This document shows, in pieces, positions 11,953 through 24,990 of a stretch of DNA of 64,000 nt. The position numbers and the translations under genes are program-made. The first letter of the stretch is position 1, and each line of letters opens with the position of its first letter. The notes beneath the pieces were generated by a model. The model was not told the origin of the DNA and did not search any database. It worked only from the letters and a program-made list of their open reading frames with translations. The DNA is from Adineta vaga (Eukaryota; Animalia; Rotifera), in the NCBI GenBank assembly GCA_021613535.1, contig CP075493.1:3162001-3226000 (forward strand). Reading direction: 5' to 3'.

Positions 11953-13314
11953 TTATAATTTTATTCCATATCGTAATTTTGCTGAACGAGATTTGGGATT
12001 TTTATCAAGTTCATTTTCATCTGCTTGAATAATATGTTTCCTTTGTATATTATAACGTACTTGTTTTTCTGCTTCATTACGTAATGATGTATTTTCAAGA
12101 TTAGAAGCGAATTCATCAGGATGTAAAACAATTCCTTGAAAATGTCGTTTCATTATACGATCTTCTAATGAATGAAAACTTATACATAATAATGTACCAC
12201 CGGATTTTAATAGTCTAAAATTATAAAATAAGAACAATCTACGTCATCGGTATGGATTTATAGAACATGCGAAAAGATATTCTCATGTGTAGACTGTCAA
12301 TTAGAATTAGGAAATTTTTCATTGAGTATATAGATCATATTAGATTACTTTCTGAAAAAAGGAATATCAGTATCATGTACTTACGTAAAAGCTTGTTCTA
12401 GTCCATTATAAAGTTCATTTAATTCGTCATTAACAACGATTCTTAATGCTTGAAATGTTCTTGTTGCCGGATGAATTGGACGATTAAGTTTATCGACATC
12501 CGATGTACTAAACAATTCAATAAATGATTCTAATAAATCAATATGATCATGTTTTACTTTCCACCGAGACCAACTTGAATAACATTAGCTAATTGTGTTG
12601 TTGTCGTAATCGGTCCAAATGTACTTCGCCATTGATGAATACATCGTGCGATTTTTCGATGACGTCTATCTTCACCATATAGGCGAATAATTCGACTTAA
12701 TGTCATTTCATCTACTCGATTTACGAGATCATAAGCAGTAACAGATTGAGATTTCGTATTCATTCGCATATCTAATGGACCATCATGTCGAAAACTAAAT
12801 CCACGTTTTGGATCATCTAATTGCATAGAACTGAATGAAAATTTCAATAAAGTTCTTCTTTTGAATTCTACAGTATTACCTTGTACCAGCATCGAGTAGA
12901 ATTCCATCAAAATAATTCTCTTTATTTTGCAAGACTTTTTTCAATTCACTAAATCTTCCATGAAATGGAAATAATCGATTTCTATTCAATAAAAATCAAG
13001 ATAATTTTCAAATAGAAAAAATAAACATTCTCACACGGATATTCTTTCGCCATTTCTTGTGCTAATTCAATCGCATATTGATCTTGATCAAGTGCATAGA
13101 CTATCGATTTGTCATTTTGATTTAGAAGCCCTCTTGTATGTCCACCAGCACCGAACGTTAAATCCAGGAACATCTATTTTTTGACACTTATTTAGTTAAC
13201 AAATTACTTTTTCTTTTTCGTTGAAGTAGATTTACGTACTTGTCTTTCATTACGATTTAAAATCTTCAGAACATGTTCAAGTAAAACAGGAATATGAAGA
13301 GATTTCTTTGCCAT
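11953..13314 (-). CDS. METTL15: RsmH/METTL15 rRNA m4C methyltransferase (multi-exon)
   Basis: [61 protein letters not shown] and NP.SRSAKLR motifs. Confidence 0.92.
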
Positions 13315-13583
13315 TCTTAATGTTTTTTCGAGTATGTCGTAAAGAAGCAATAAAAAAAGACGTTAAGTAAACTTAAAGAGTTATTTTCTGCCCTTTTTTT
13401 AAAGTTTGGCGTTATGAGAGAGAGAGAAAAAGTCGTCGTCGGGATGAAACGATTGTGATTTTAATTTCCAAAGAAGCTATACACACGGAATTTATTCAAT
13501 TGAGTGAGTAAGTAAGAGGAGTTTGATTTTAAAATTAAGTTTTGACGCTTCTTCTTTGTTTCTTGAAATCTAGAATTAAAAAA

Positions 13584-15034
13584 ATGACTTGTACAACATT
13601 ATCAGAGAAGAAACAAGTTGTTTCATTGACTAGATATGAAAATGCAGAGGATGATGATCTAGATATTGATACAAAATCATCAAATGATTCAGAAAAAACA
13701 CTCGAAGATGTTGAATGCATGTCAAATAAAAAGATGAAACATCAAATGTAAGAAAGAATAAGAATCAATTTGAAATGTTAGTTTTTGAAATTGCAGGTCT
13801 ATTCCAGAGGTATCGACATCTAAAGTTGTACAGAAAGATATTTCGAAAGCCGTTTATGATTATGCAACAACAATTCATAAAAATCGATTCGATCAAGATG
13901 CTATAGCCGTACATGGATCAAATGATCCTCCACCAGGATTTGGTGTTTTACATCCACCTATGCATTATCTTACACAAGAACGTCCTTTTCCATTAGAACC
14001 TCTTCCAGTTCGTATTTACTCCTATGAAAAGAAGACATGTTTGTGTTTTGAATATTTTCTAGGTTTGGCGTGGTTACAATGGCAATATTTATTTTTCTCC
14101 GATACAAGTACAACATTTTGAAAGTGATCGATCAATTTCATGTACCAAATCATCACAATCAACTTCGTTAAATAATATTGTATTAAGAAAAAAAACAAAT
14201 CATGATCAATCTCATTCTGTTCTTTTACCTATCAATACAAATAGAAACTCGATTAAAGAAAGAAATGAAAAATTCCAAAAAGAAACAGTGACAAATATTA
14301 CTACTACAAATAATGAAGTGAAAAATCAACAACTCAATGTTTCTACCCATGAAAACATTGAAGATTACGAACCAATAAAACCATGTCATTCACTCTATAC
14401 TAGTTCTCATACTCGATTAAAACCTATTTTGAAAACAAGTCAACAATCTATTGAAGATCAAGTTCAAAAACAATCATCAAAAGATTTATTAAAACATAAA
14501 CGACAAATATTACCAAATATTCATTTAGTACCTAAACCAAAACTGATTCATAAAGGTTTAGCATATAAAGAAAGTCAAAAATTACCAAGTCTTACGAATG
14601 AAATGAATAGTAATCTTTCACAGCAACCATTTGAACCCCATATTCAACATACAAGTCATTCTACAAGAGCCAAACAAAAACAACAGCAAGTATCTTTTAT
14701 TCCAGCATCAACTCTCTTAACACAAAACCATTCGATATTCGATCTACGTGAAATAAGAAAACGGATTATAAAAGGTGCAACAACTACTTCTAATCGTACT
14801 CCGATACAATCTATGGCATGGTCACCAACTTCGACTGATCGTAATCTAATGTCAAACTCTGATATATCTCGATCAGTACAAACAATAAATTTATCAAATC
14901 ATGTACCACTATCTTCTGTATCTTCACACCATCAACTCAAATATAACACAAAATATACAACACCAAATCTATCACAATATTTCGAAGTATTTCCACCGAA
15001 TAATACTGTTAATTTTGATATAAAGACAAACTAA
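13584..15034 (+). CDS. Hypothetical, largely low-complexity Ser/Thr/Gln-rich protein (3 exons)
   Basis: GT-AG splicing joins the 13584 exon, the ~13797-14008 exon and a long terminal ORF in frame; no family recognised. Confidence 0.6.
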
Positions 15035-15793
15035 TATACACCTCTTTTCTCAAATATAAACATTTTCGCACGTCAAGAAATTTTCAAAAGAAAACTTATA
15101 TTTGTAAAAAAAAACATTATTAAGAATTTTTTATTTGATGTATATTCAAATGGATGGATGATGTATAGAAAAAGAGCTATCAACAACAACAACAACAACA
15201 ACAAACACATACACGCTTATATAGAACAATTGCACACGATAAATGTTTTGTAATTTGTAACATATAGACAGAAAGAAAACAGAGCAAAGAGAGTCATGGA
15301 ACTCCAGTAGATTTTTTTATCGAAAAAAAATCTACCGAAAAAAACCCCATTTAATAAGAATTAGAGTGAGATAGAGAGAGACATACATATGTTCGCTTTG
15401 TCTTTTGTTCAATCTTCTCATACGTGTAGACTGTTCAAGACAAGTATAGAAATGTACAAAAGATAAACGAATTGACAAATTTGCGTAGTGAACAAAAGTA
15501 TCAAACAGTTCAGGGTGTTATTTCATTGAATTAAGAGATAGAGATAGAGAGAGAAAACAAGTATTCACTGTTGATAGCAATGAGTTAACAAGCTGGAATT
15601 AAATGTTAGATAGATAATATGAAAAACAAGAAAAAACAAAGGAGTAGTAGATATATTGTATATGAACGGAATTAATTGAGAATAATAGAATAGAAACAAA
15701 TATGAACTCTTAGACGGCTTGTCGACAAGGTAACAGTTTTGTTCGATGAATATATCTGATAGGATTGAGAGGTAGGTTGTTGACGAAATTAAT

Positions 15794-17906
15794 TTACGTC
15801 TAAATAGAAAAGATATATTGCATTGATTTATGATTTAGTTCACGAAATATCATTCCTATCTCATGTATTTCTATCCATTGATAGTAATCCTTACCTCTCG
15901 ATAGCTTGGCTCTGCTTGTATCATAAATTCATCAAAACGCATATAGAGTGTTTCAAATGTAGGTCGATTATCCGGATTGTCTTGCCAGCAAGAAAACATT
16001 ATTTGATAATAATGATCCAAACAATCGTTTGGCTAGAAAAAAAAGAAAATCAACATATGTAACGAAAATTTCAACTTTCAATTTACTCTTGGCATTCGAT
16101 AACCGTTAAGTACTGCTTGTAAGGCTTCATTATTCGACATGCCAGGATAAGGATTTGAACCATGTGTAATTAATTCATAGAGAAGAATACCAAAACTCCA
16201 AACATCGGATTTAGTTGTATATTCCTTTTTCGTTGCTGCTTCAGGTGCTGTCCATTTGATTGGAAATTGAGATTCTCGATCAACCATAAGACGGCCACCT
16301 TGAAGTATTTTTGCTAAACCAAAATCAGCTATTTTCACAACATCTAATTCTCCAACAAGAATATTTCGTGCTAAAAAATTAAATCCTTTCAATCATGAAC
16401 AGAAAATGATATCAATAAGAAATCTTACCAGCTAGATCACAATGAACATATCGTTTTTGTTCAAGATAAGCCATTCCTTTAGCAATCTAAATCAATTAAT
16501 AAATTTTTATTTTAAAAAATTCAACAAACTCTATGATTATCATTTACTTGTGCAGCAAAATCAAGTATAGTCTTAAATTTTATATTCTTTCCTGGTCCAT
16601 CACGTAAATAATTCAATAAACAACCATTACTCATGAATTCTGTGACAATAAAGATCGGTTCTTCTTGCGTACAAACACCATATAAACGTACAATATTTTT
16701 ATGTTGAAGATCTCTCATAATTTTAGCTTCATCAAGAAATTTATCCACATTGCACACACGACTTTTATTGTCCGTTTTCATACATTTTATTGCAACATCA
16801 CGTTGACCATATTTTCCTTTATAAACTTCGCCATAATTTCCTCTACCAAGTAAATCTGTACGTAAAAGTAGTACACGATCTAATTCTAATAATCCATGTC
16901 GATCAGCTGGAATTGTTGGTTCAATTTTTCGACAAGGACGTGTTAATAAACAACACAAACCATCAACATTTGCTAAAAACACAATGAATTGTTTCTCTCG
17001 ATAACAAAACACATATGATTTCTTATTCTTACTTCGATAATGTTCTACAAGATCTTGTAAATTTGGAAAAGTAATTTTACTACTAATATAATAATATCCT
17101 TGATCCGTTCGTCGTATACGATAATGTTTAACATGAAAATGTTTATCATTACTTAAATCAAGAACAGATAATGATTCTTGACCTTAAAATGTGAGAAGAA
17201 AATCATATTAGAGAAGAAAAAAAATATGTTGAAAAATGTCTACCTTGATTTGTATCCGAAGGTCGAATCAAAAATGTTCCTTTACCATTATGTGGTTGTT
17301 CAAGAAAACGTTCAGCATCACGACGATTTGTTTCTGTAAAATACCATCTAAACAAAATATAGTTTCATTACAAATCTTGACGCTTTCAAATCTCATTGTA
17401 AATTTACTCGCATGCATTTAAATCATTGATTGCAGAAATATAATTTGCTGGAACATAACCAAGTTGTTTAGTTCGTAAATTCTTTGCTTGCCACCAATCG
17501 TTATAACTATTCAATCGAACATATGGAAATGAATTATAGAGCAAAATCACTTACGAAGATCTATCAAGTATTTCTAATCGATCACCTTTACGAAAACTTA
17601 ATTCACCAGTTGATGATGTTCCATTAAAATCATAATTAGCCACATAGATTAATTTATCTTCAATAAAAAAATATGTTTTTGTATTTTTATAAAATATTGT
17701 CTCTTACTTGAATTTTGTCTATTATAATTCGACGGTATATTTGTTCCCGAATTTTGTGTATGATCAATACCTTTCGATGGATAATGTGCTGTTGGTGCTG
17801 GATGTGATCTTCGATTGATACTTGTCTCATGAATGGGTTGACTGGGTGCATAGACATAAGGATTTTTACGTTTGTTTTGACGTGAGCCACCACTTCGATT
17901 TCCCAT
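15794..17906 (-). CDS. Src-family (Src42A/Frk-like) non-receptor tyrosine kinase, SH3-SH2-kinase
   Basis: MGN myristoylation start, SH3 ([19 protein letters not shown]), SH2 ([14 protein letters not shown]), [27 protein letters not shown], tail EPSYRET. Confidence 0.92.
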
Positions 17907-18288
17907 CGATGAAAATAATATTTACAAAATTAGAAAGAAATAATGATATATCATCGATGATATTTATCAAAATAGTTCTTTCGAATTTATCTGCAAAGTA
18001 AATACAAGTTATAAATTAACTGACAATGTCAGTTGTTACTCTTTCACATATACACACAAATGGTATATGTATGAATGATGTGATGGGTTGTTCAATTCAA
18101 TAGAATTAAACGATCGGATGATTTTAACCAATCGAATATGGATGTCAAGCTTTTACTTTCGAAATGATTAATTGAAAATGAAATATAGATATAAATCGTT
18201 TTTTTTTATTTTCCTATAAATGAATCGCAATAACAAAATGAAAACAATCTTACAAATAGTGACATCTATTCCTATAATTTGAGATTTT

Positions 18289-18985
18289 CTAATCATTCCA
18301 ACGATGAGCACATTGTACACATTTATAAAATGTTGTCATCGGTTCATCAGCTGAACGAGTTTGTAATTGCATAAAATATGCTTTCGTATATGCACATTTT
18401 GGACATGTTACTTCCGTTTTATCAACATTTTCCCATGCAGCTGTACCACCAAGAACATCATCAACTGGTTTTAAACGTGTATATTGTCGTTCAGTTATTT
18501 TCGTTTCAAGATTGCATATATATGGACAAGTATTACATGCTAAACGATTGCGTCGATCACCTTCTTCGACAAAAAGCATATTACCACAACGAGGACCTAA
18601 GGAAATAGAAGATAAAGAAAAGAATAAGAATTCAGTATTGTTTATTGTTTGATTACTCTGTTGAGTTTGATTAAGAAGAAATAACATATGGGATTTTTCA
18701 TATTCTATCCTCTCTTTGTCAATCAGACTAACTATCTGTCTAATAGATAAACATCGACTAGAGTGTCTAAGTAAACAGAAACAAAATAAAAAGAACGCAC
18801 AGCACGAACTAATGACTTGCAGACAAAGAAAATCTCAAGAGATAATTCATAATTTTAGAATCAAATCTTATAATACAAAAAAGAATTACTTATTCTAATT
18901 AAGCTTTAACAATATGAATTGTTCTCTACTCTCAACAGAGACATCATCAGTAATAGAAAAGAAAAGAAAACTTACAAAAAAACAT
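18289..18985 (-). CDS. POLR3K: RNA polymerase III subunit RPC11 (10-nt first exon 18985-18976)
   Basis: MFF|CPRCGNML...ACNTCPY...DDVLGG..AWENVD...CPKC...QLQTRSADEPMTTFYKC. Confidence 0.95.
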
Positions 18986-19087
18986 CTCGTTCTTTTTTCA
19001 AAGAAAGATGAAGACGAATCTTATCTAAAAACAAAAGAAAACAAAGTAAGAATACGGATCAATGATGAAAATCGAATTTCTTTAATA

Positions 19088-19627
19088 TTATTCAATGATA
19101 TGAGCATACATAACAATATCAATATCTTCGCCATTTTTATGGACTCGTTTACGTAAAAGTCCCTCATAAGTAAAACCACATTTTTCTATCAATCGTCGTG
19201 AGGCTGTATTCCACGCATAGATTTGTGCTTCAATACGAACTAGATTCTTATACTGAATTTTTGCTATTTCAAGAACTTTTGTGATTACTGCTGATGCTAT
19301 ACCACGACGCCAATAAGGTTCACCTAACCAATATCCAATTTCAGATATTCTATTGTTTGTATCCGAACCATGAATACCACACATACCTATTAATTCATCA
19401 TTCTCTTCGAAACGAATTGTGAAAAAACGATTATTAGCTGAGCTCGTTGTTTTAATCATCTGAACAAAAGCTTCTCCATCATCCGTTGTATATGGATAAG
19501 GTACACGCAATGTATTTGCATAGATATTTGGATTATTTAAATATTTAACCAATGAAGGAATATCATCATTACTAATGACATCAGTGATATAGATTTCCTT
19601 TGTAATTTCATATCGATTCGATGACAT
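19088..19627 (-). CDS. RimJ/RimL-family GNAT N-acetyltransferase, intronless, bacterial type
   Basis: PYPYT, EIGYWLGEPYWRRGIAS and N.ASRRL.EKCGF.YEG.LRK are Acetyltransf_3-type motifs; 179 aa from MSSNR. Confidence 0.88.
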   Translation of the reverse strand: MSSNRYEITKEIYITDVISNDDIPSLVKYLNNPNIYANTLRVPYPYTTDDGEAFVQMIKTTSSANNRFFTIRFEENDELIGMCGIHGSDTNNRISEIGYWLGEPYWRRGIASAVITKVLEIAKIQYKNLVRIEAQIYAWNTASRRLIEKCGFTYEGLLRKRVHKNGEDIDIVMYAHIIE

Positions 19628-19738
19628 ATCTAAAATGCACAAGATGATGTTTATTAATAAGTTCGACTGAATAGAAATAAAGAATGCGAGATTATTTATA
19701 AAGAAACACAAAAATTGATTATAGTCAATGATGAAATG

Positions 19739-20415
19739 TTATGCAAGTACTTTTTGACGTATTTCTTCAGCTTTTTTCTTATCAGTTAAACATGATAAAA
19801 TTTTCAAACCAAATTCAATGGCTGTTGCTGGTCCTTGACTTGTAATCAAACGATGATTGTTGACTTCACTATCGACAACAGTTTGATCTAATTGTATGGA
19901 TTTAAATTGTTTTCTAAGTGAATTTGCTACATCAGGATAACATGTTATATCATGTTGACGTACATTTTTATCTGCATTATATAAATGTGTACTCAATGCT
20001 GTTGGACCAGCACAAATAGCAGCAACAATTTTCTTTGATTTATAATGATCAAGGAGAATAGCACCCGCTTTTTTACATGCTGCAATCTTCTCTGTACCTT
20101 TACTACCTAAATAAAGAGAAACAAAAAATGAAAGTATAAGATTTCTTCTCTTTCTGCTTCAAATTGTTTGAAAAAAAATTCTATTTACCACCGGGTACAA
20201 TAACTGCATCAAATTCTTGTCCTTGAACATCGTCTACATGCAAATCAGGCATAATTTGAATATTGTTAGCACATGTTAACGATTTTGTATCGTTCTTTTC
20301 AACACTACATAATTTTACGTCGATACCACCTCGTCGTAGAATATCAACAGTCGCTACAACTTCAATATCTTCTGAACCATTGGCCACAAATACTAATGCT
20401 TTTTTGCTACCACTC
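19739..20415 (-). CDS. PARK7: DJ-1/PfpI family protein (start codon unresolved, probably split AT|G by an upstream intron)
   Basis: KKALVFVANGSEDIE, DILRRGGI.V, FDAVIVPGG, AAICAGPTAL (catalytic Cys), ITSQGPATAIEFGL. Confidence 0.9.
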
Positions 20416-20706
20416 CTAATAGAAATATATATATACATATACATAAATAAGATCAAAGAACGAAATCTTTATCCAGGTGTTTCTTTTCTTTTTTTTAATA
20501 CAGAAGATTATTTTTTTTTGCACCGCAAAAGATACATAGAGACACACATAAGCAGAAGAGAAAAAAAAGTAAGGAGAAAGAGAAAGTACAAATTATCCTA
20601 GAGAGAAACATCTTATCCATGTATGAGATCATGCATATACGCATAAATATAATTATTTATTTGAATCTTTTTTTCTGCTTTTGATTTTTTTCCCCTTCAT
20701 TACATT

Positions 20707-22197
20707 TTATTTCATATTAACCGAATGAAGTGTTCGTCGTTTGGTTGCCGTAGGTCGAACATTCGCCGATGTTGATAATGAAGGATGAATCGTTGATGAT
20801 GGAATGATCCCACCTGTTGGTGGATATAATGGACGAGACGGAACAACAGGCTGTTGTCGTACTGCAGATTTGGGCATTTTTATCATCTGATTCATTTTCT
20901 GCTGTTGTTGTTGTTGTTGTTGTTGTTGTTGAGGTAGAGCACTTGCTGAACGATACTGTTGATGAGCTGGCATTGGAGTTTTAGTTTGTGATAGTGAACG
21001 TATATTATTATTTGTTAGATTTAGTTGTTGTGGAATGGTAACATTGGATTTTCGTGCTGCATTTATTGGTAAAGTTGATTGTTGTGAAAGTTTTGTAGCA
21101 AAATTTTGTGCTTGAGGTAGAGATGATTTTGTTTTCGGTTTTTGTTGATGATGATGATTATTATTATTATTATTATTATTATTATTGTGATGATGATTAT
21201 GATTATGATTATTATTATTTTGAATATGATTAGATGTAATTACGGGTGGAACTGGACGATTATTTGTAATTGGTTTCGATACTGCAGGTGTTGTTGATGG
21301 TGTTATGGAACGCGAAGTTGTTTTTTGATGTTGTTTAATAAGTGTTTGAAATGTTTTTTCAATTTCTTTTTCTTGTTCCATAGCTGAAACGAAAACATTC
21401 TTTAATAGAGCTGAATGTTCAGATTTGGATGTTCGTCGTATAACTTGTTTTTTACAACGATCACATAAAATATTAATTTGTTGGTTATTATTCAAATGTT
21501 TCCACCAACGTATTGTAAAATCTGTTCCACAATGTTCACAAATATTTGGTTCATCAATTTGTGCACGATCAGTGAAACGTTGTGGTAAACGTTGACGATC
21601 AGTCTGTAATTCTGATAAACATTGTACAACATCTTCAAGGCCAACATAGGGTTGAAATTCTAGACTAGTAGGATTTGGAATAAATAAAACATCTTGAATT
21701 AATGGTTTAGGTGATGGAATATTCAATAGATCACGTTCGAGTTGATTACGTAAAGCTTTTTTTGCTTGAGTTTTACGATCTTCAAGTGATTGAATGGTTG
21801 ATGAAGGTTTACTTGGTAAAGGTGTAGGAATTTTTATTGGTATTGGTGGATTGACTATATTAGTTGGTTTACGTGTTGCTGATGGTAATGGTTGAGGAAG
21901 AGATGAACGCGATTGTGAAGAATTTGTTGTTGATATTGGAGTAACAGGTATCGAAGGTTTATTAGTTGGAACACGTGTTGCTGTAGGATGAAAACCATTT
22001 GTTGTGGAAGGCGTATTATTTGTTCGAGTTGCTAATTGTTGACAAGCACGTAATTTTTTTAAAAGAACTAAATTCGCTTCTTCATTTCGTAATTCTTCTA
22101 TAATGGAATGAAGTTTTAAACGTTTTAATGAACGTGTATTATTATCATTGGTTGAAATATTTATTGGTTCAGGTGATAAAGGTCGTTTGTTCGACAT
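20707..22197 (-). CDS. GATAD2: p66/GATAD2 NuRD subunit (simjang-like)
   Basis: CR1 coiled coil ELRNEEANLVLLKKLR, AKKALRNQLERDLL.IP.PKP, GATA-type finger CEHCGTDFT.RW...LCDRC. Confidence 0.9.
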   Translation of the reverse strand: MSNKRPLSPEPINISTNDNNTRSLKRLKLHSIIEELRNEEANLVLLKKLRACQQLATRTNNTPSTTNGFHPTATRVPTNKPSIPVTPISTTNSSQSRSSLPQPLPSATRKPTNIVNPPIPIKIPTPLPSKPSSTIQSLEDRKTQAKKALRNQLERDLLNIPSPKPLIQDVLFIPNPTSLEFQPYVGLEDVVQCLSELQTDRQRLPQRFTDRAQIDEPNICEHCGTDFTIRWWKHLNNNQQINILCDRCKKQVIRRTSKSEHSALLKNVFVSAMEQEKEIEKTFQTLIKQHQKTTSRSITPSTTPAVSKPITNNRPVPPVITSNHIQNNNNHNHNHHHNNNNNNNNNNHHHQQKPKTKSSLPQAQNFATKLSQQSTLPINAARKSNVTIPQQLNLTNNNIRSLSQTKTPMPAHQQYRSASALPQQQQQQQQQQQKMNQMIKMPKSAVRQQPVVPSRPLYPPTGGIIPSSTIHPSLSTSANVRPTATKRRTLHSVNMK

Positions 22198-24284
22198 GAT
22201 ATTTTATCTGAAATTCTTTCGTTAATTGGAATGGTTTATTTAATTAGTAAAACGAAATGAAATTTATTTTTGTCGAACGACAAGATTCTTTATTATGAAT
22301 AGAAATCAAAATTCATTATTGAATACATACCATAAATTAATTGTACGTTTTGACAAAGTATTAATTGATTGTTTTGTTAAAATTTGTCGAAGCATGTCAT
22401 CTATCTGAAATAAAACTAGATGAAATACTGAAGAGTATCAGGAAAAAATAGAAATGAATAGATTTCATCTTCGTTCTTTTCTTTTTCAAAGATAATATCA
22501 CCACCTCGTGACTGTACCTGTATTGTGAGCGTATGTGTGCAGTACAGCAACAGTAAGAGAGCAAGAAAGAAGGGTAAAACTTAACGGGGCCGCCACCAGT
22601 CAACTAACGTTGTAATAACCCTCCATCTTTTTCTATCATCCCTCAATACGGAATTTCGTTCTTTCTTTCCTCTCTCTCTCCCGCTCTTTCCATCGTTATT
22701 GCCGTCGCTATTACTGTCTCGGTCAAATCCAAGTTTCTTATATTTACTGACGACCAAAAGTATTTGACTGTACAATAGAATGTAGAGGATAAGCAGAAAA
22801 AATACCATCTTCTCATTGTTCCAATTTGAGCATTATAGAAAAAGTTGAATTTTTCTCTAATGCTCGTATAAAGTATAAAGTGTATATATATATATACACC
22901 TTAAAGCGTTAAAAAAAGAAGGTAGTTTTGCAATGATGGCAATAAAGAAGCCAACATTCACATACACCTACGTAAAGAGGCAAACACAGAAAAAGATCGA
23001 CGTAGACAGAAGTCTAAAGAAAGAATAGTCGAGTGAAGAAACAGAATACGCTGACGAATGTAGGGGACCGGTTGAGTATGTGAGCGACACCGTGCAGAGA
23101 AATGTGACGATTTGTTTCCTCAAGCGTGCAAAAAAATGAAGAAAAAAGAAAGAAGTAAGCAGACAGATTGAATATAGACTATGAACATCAGTTGTACATA
23201 TACATACATCTGTACATATGGTCATAAGAGAAAGAAAAAAAAAAGAAAAATGATCATTAATAATGATTTTCCTGTATACTTTAATTAATTCGATTTGAAA
23301 TCTTTCATTTTGTTCCAATAAAAATCTATCAGAAACTTTTCTTGAATAGATTTTATTCAAAAACTAAATCGACTGAATTAAATATTGACTTTATATATAT
23401 ATATATCCTCTTACCGGTTACCTTTTTGGCGCCAGGAACTTTAATTATATAATATAAGAATAGTCAAATAGTTTCTGACTAAAAGAAAAATGAAAAGAAG
23501 ACGAAGAAAAAGAACTCGTCGATAAAACATTTGCTCATCAATCTAATAGATTCATGTTCATCAAATATCATCTTGAAGATAACAATGACTGGGTTATCTA
23601 ATGACGATACTTTTTCTTGATGGGTATGAAAGAGAAGTACGATCGTGCGCACTCTGAATTGGCTGGCTCGTTTACTTGCTTATGCTCTCACAAGATGGAA
23701 AATGGATGGTGATGGGAGGGGGGAAAGAACGCGAAAGAGAACATGCCGTGTCGAACGCCGACACAAACGACGCCTGTTTCAACAAAACGATTGACCTCTT
23801 ACTGTCGACAAGAAAAGAAAAGAAGAAAGAAGAAACGCGAATATAATCATAGTTGCTAGTCTACTGAAAATCTTTAAATCTCGAATAATTTATCATTAAT
23901 TATTCGTTTATTCATTCGATATCTTTCATCAATATTCGAAACTTATTCGAACGAATAAAATTCATATGAGAAGAAACCGAAAGTAGACATATGTAAACGA
24001 CAAGAAAAAGACGGAATTCATTTTTCGAGTTTCTTCTTTTTTCGTTTCAGTTCTTTCTTAAAAAAAAACATAAGAGATAAATAACAACGTATCCGAAAAA
24101 ACAAATGTTAAATCCTTCCTTCGTACAGAGGGCGGGAGAACGAAGAAAGAGAAAGGGGAAAAATACCCATTGGAAGATCATTGATCCAGTTGGTTGTGCA
24201 GAAAAAAAAACATCTATTTCTAGACCAGTGGCGGCGCCTTAAAATTCTTCAAGAAACAAAACATATCTAAACAATTCAATCTTC

Positions 24285-24854
24285 ATGTCGGAACCGCCAC
24301 TGCCTAGTGTTCGTCGACAACTTTTATTTGCGAAATATCGACCATTTATAGCCACACCATTCTTTCTCGGATTTTCGACAAATGTACTTTCACCAACATT
24401 ATTTTCAAGGTTTGTCATTCTATGCTCAATAAAGCTAATCAAACTTCTTTTTTGTCAACACTAGATATCTTGGTTCACAAATTGATCAAACATTCAGTAA
24501 TACACTTTTATTTGGATCTCATATAGGTATTACTACATATTTATATACATCAAAACATTTAAGAAATGCTGATACATTTGAAAGAGTTTTATATAGGTAA
24601 AGTAAAAATAAATGAATAGATATTAGAAACTTTAGATTTGTTTATTTTTCAGCGTCTACGGTTCGGCAATATTTAATTTTGGTACAGTTCTAGTCATGTC
24701 AATCGTTCGTTCGATTTTTCCTGATAACGAATTATTACGTTTAGGAATAGGTTTATCTACTGGTATCGCTTTATTATACATTGGAAAAAGATATATCAAT
24801 TATATTGATCATGTCTTCGATACAGTTCGCTATCGTTCAATGCCACGATCTTAA
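24285..24854 (+). CDS. Small multi-pass membrane protein of unknown function (3 exons; absent from the ORF track)
   Basis: Spliced MSEPPLPSVRRQLLFAKYRP...NTLLFGSHIGITTYLYTSKHL...RVLYSVYGSAIFNFGTVL...YINYID; canonical introns; resembles a recalled uncharacterised invertebrate family. Confidence 0.7.
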
Positions 24855-24990
24855 TACACAGATTTTCCTCAAAAGCATGCTTCAATTTAATCTCGGTATT
24901 TTTTTTCAATGTTCTAATCTAGTAGATCTGTAGTTATTAGTGTCAAATTTTAGATTTATTTCGAACATCTTTTCACAGTCACATATTTTT

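Noticed and set aside
11953-13314. RsmH as a bacterial transfer or contamination
   Set aside because: Multiple spliceosomal introns and METTL15-like residues favour the native nuclear gene.
23425-23434. E2F-like TTTGGCGCCA site
   Set aside because: A single short motif with no supporting context.
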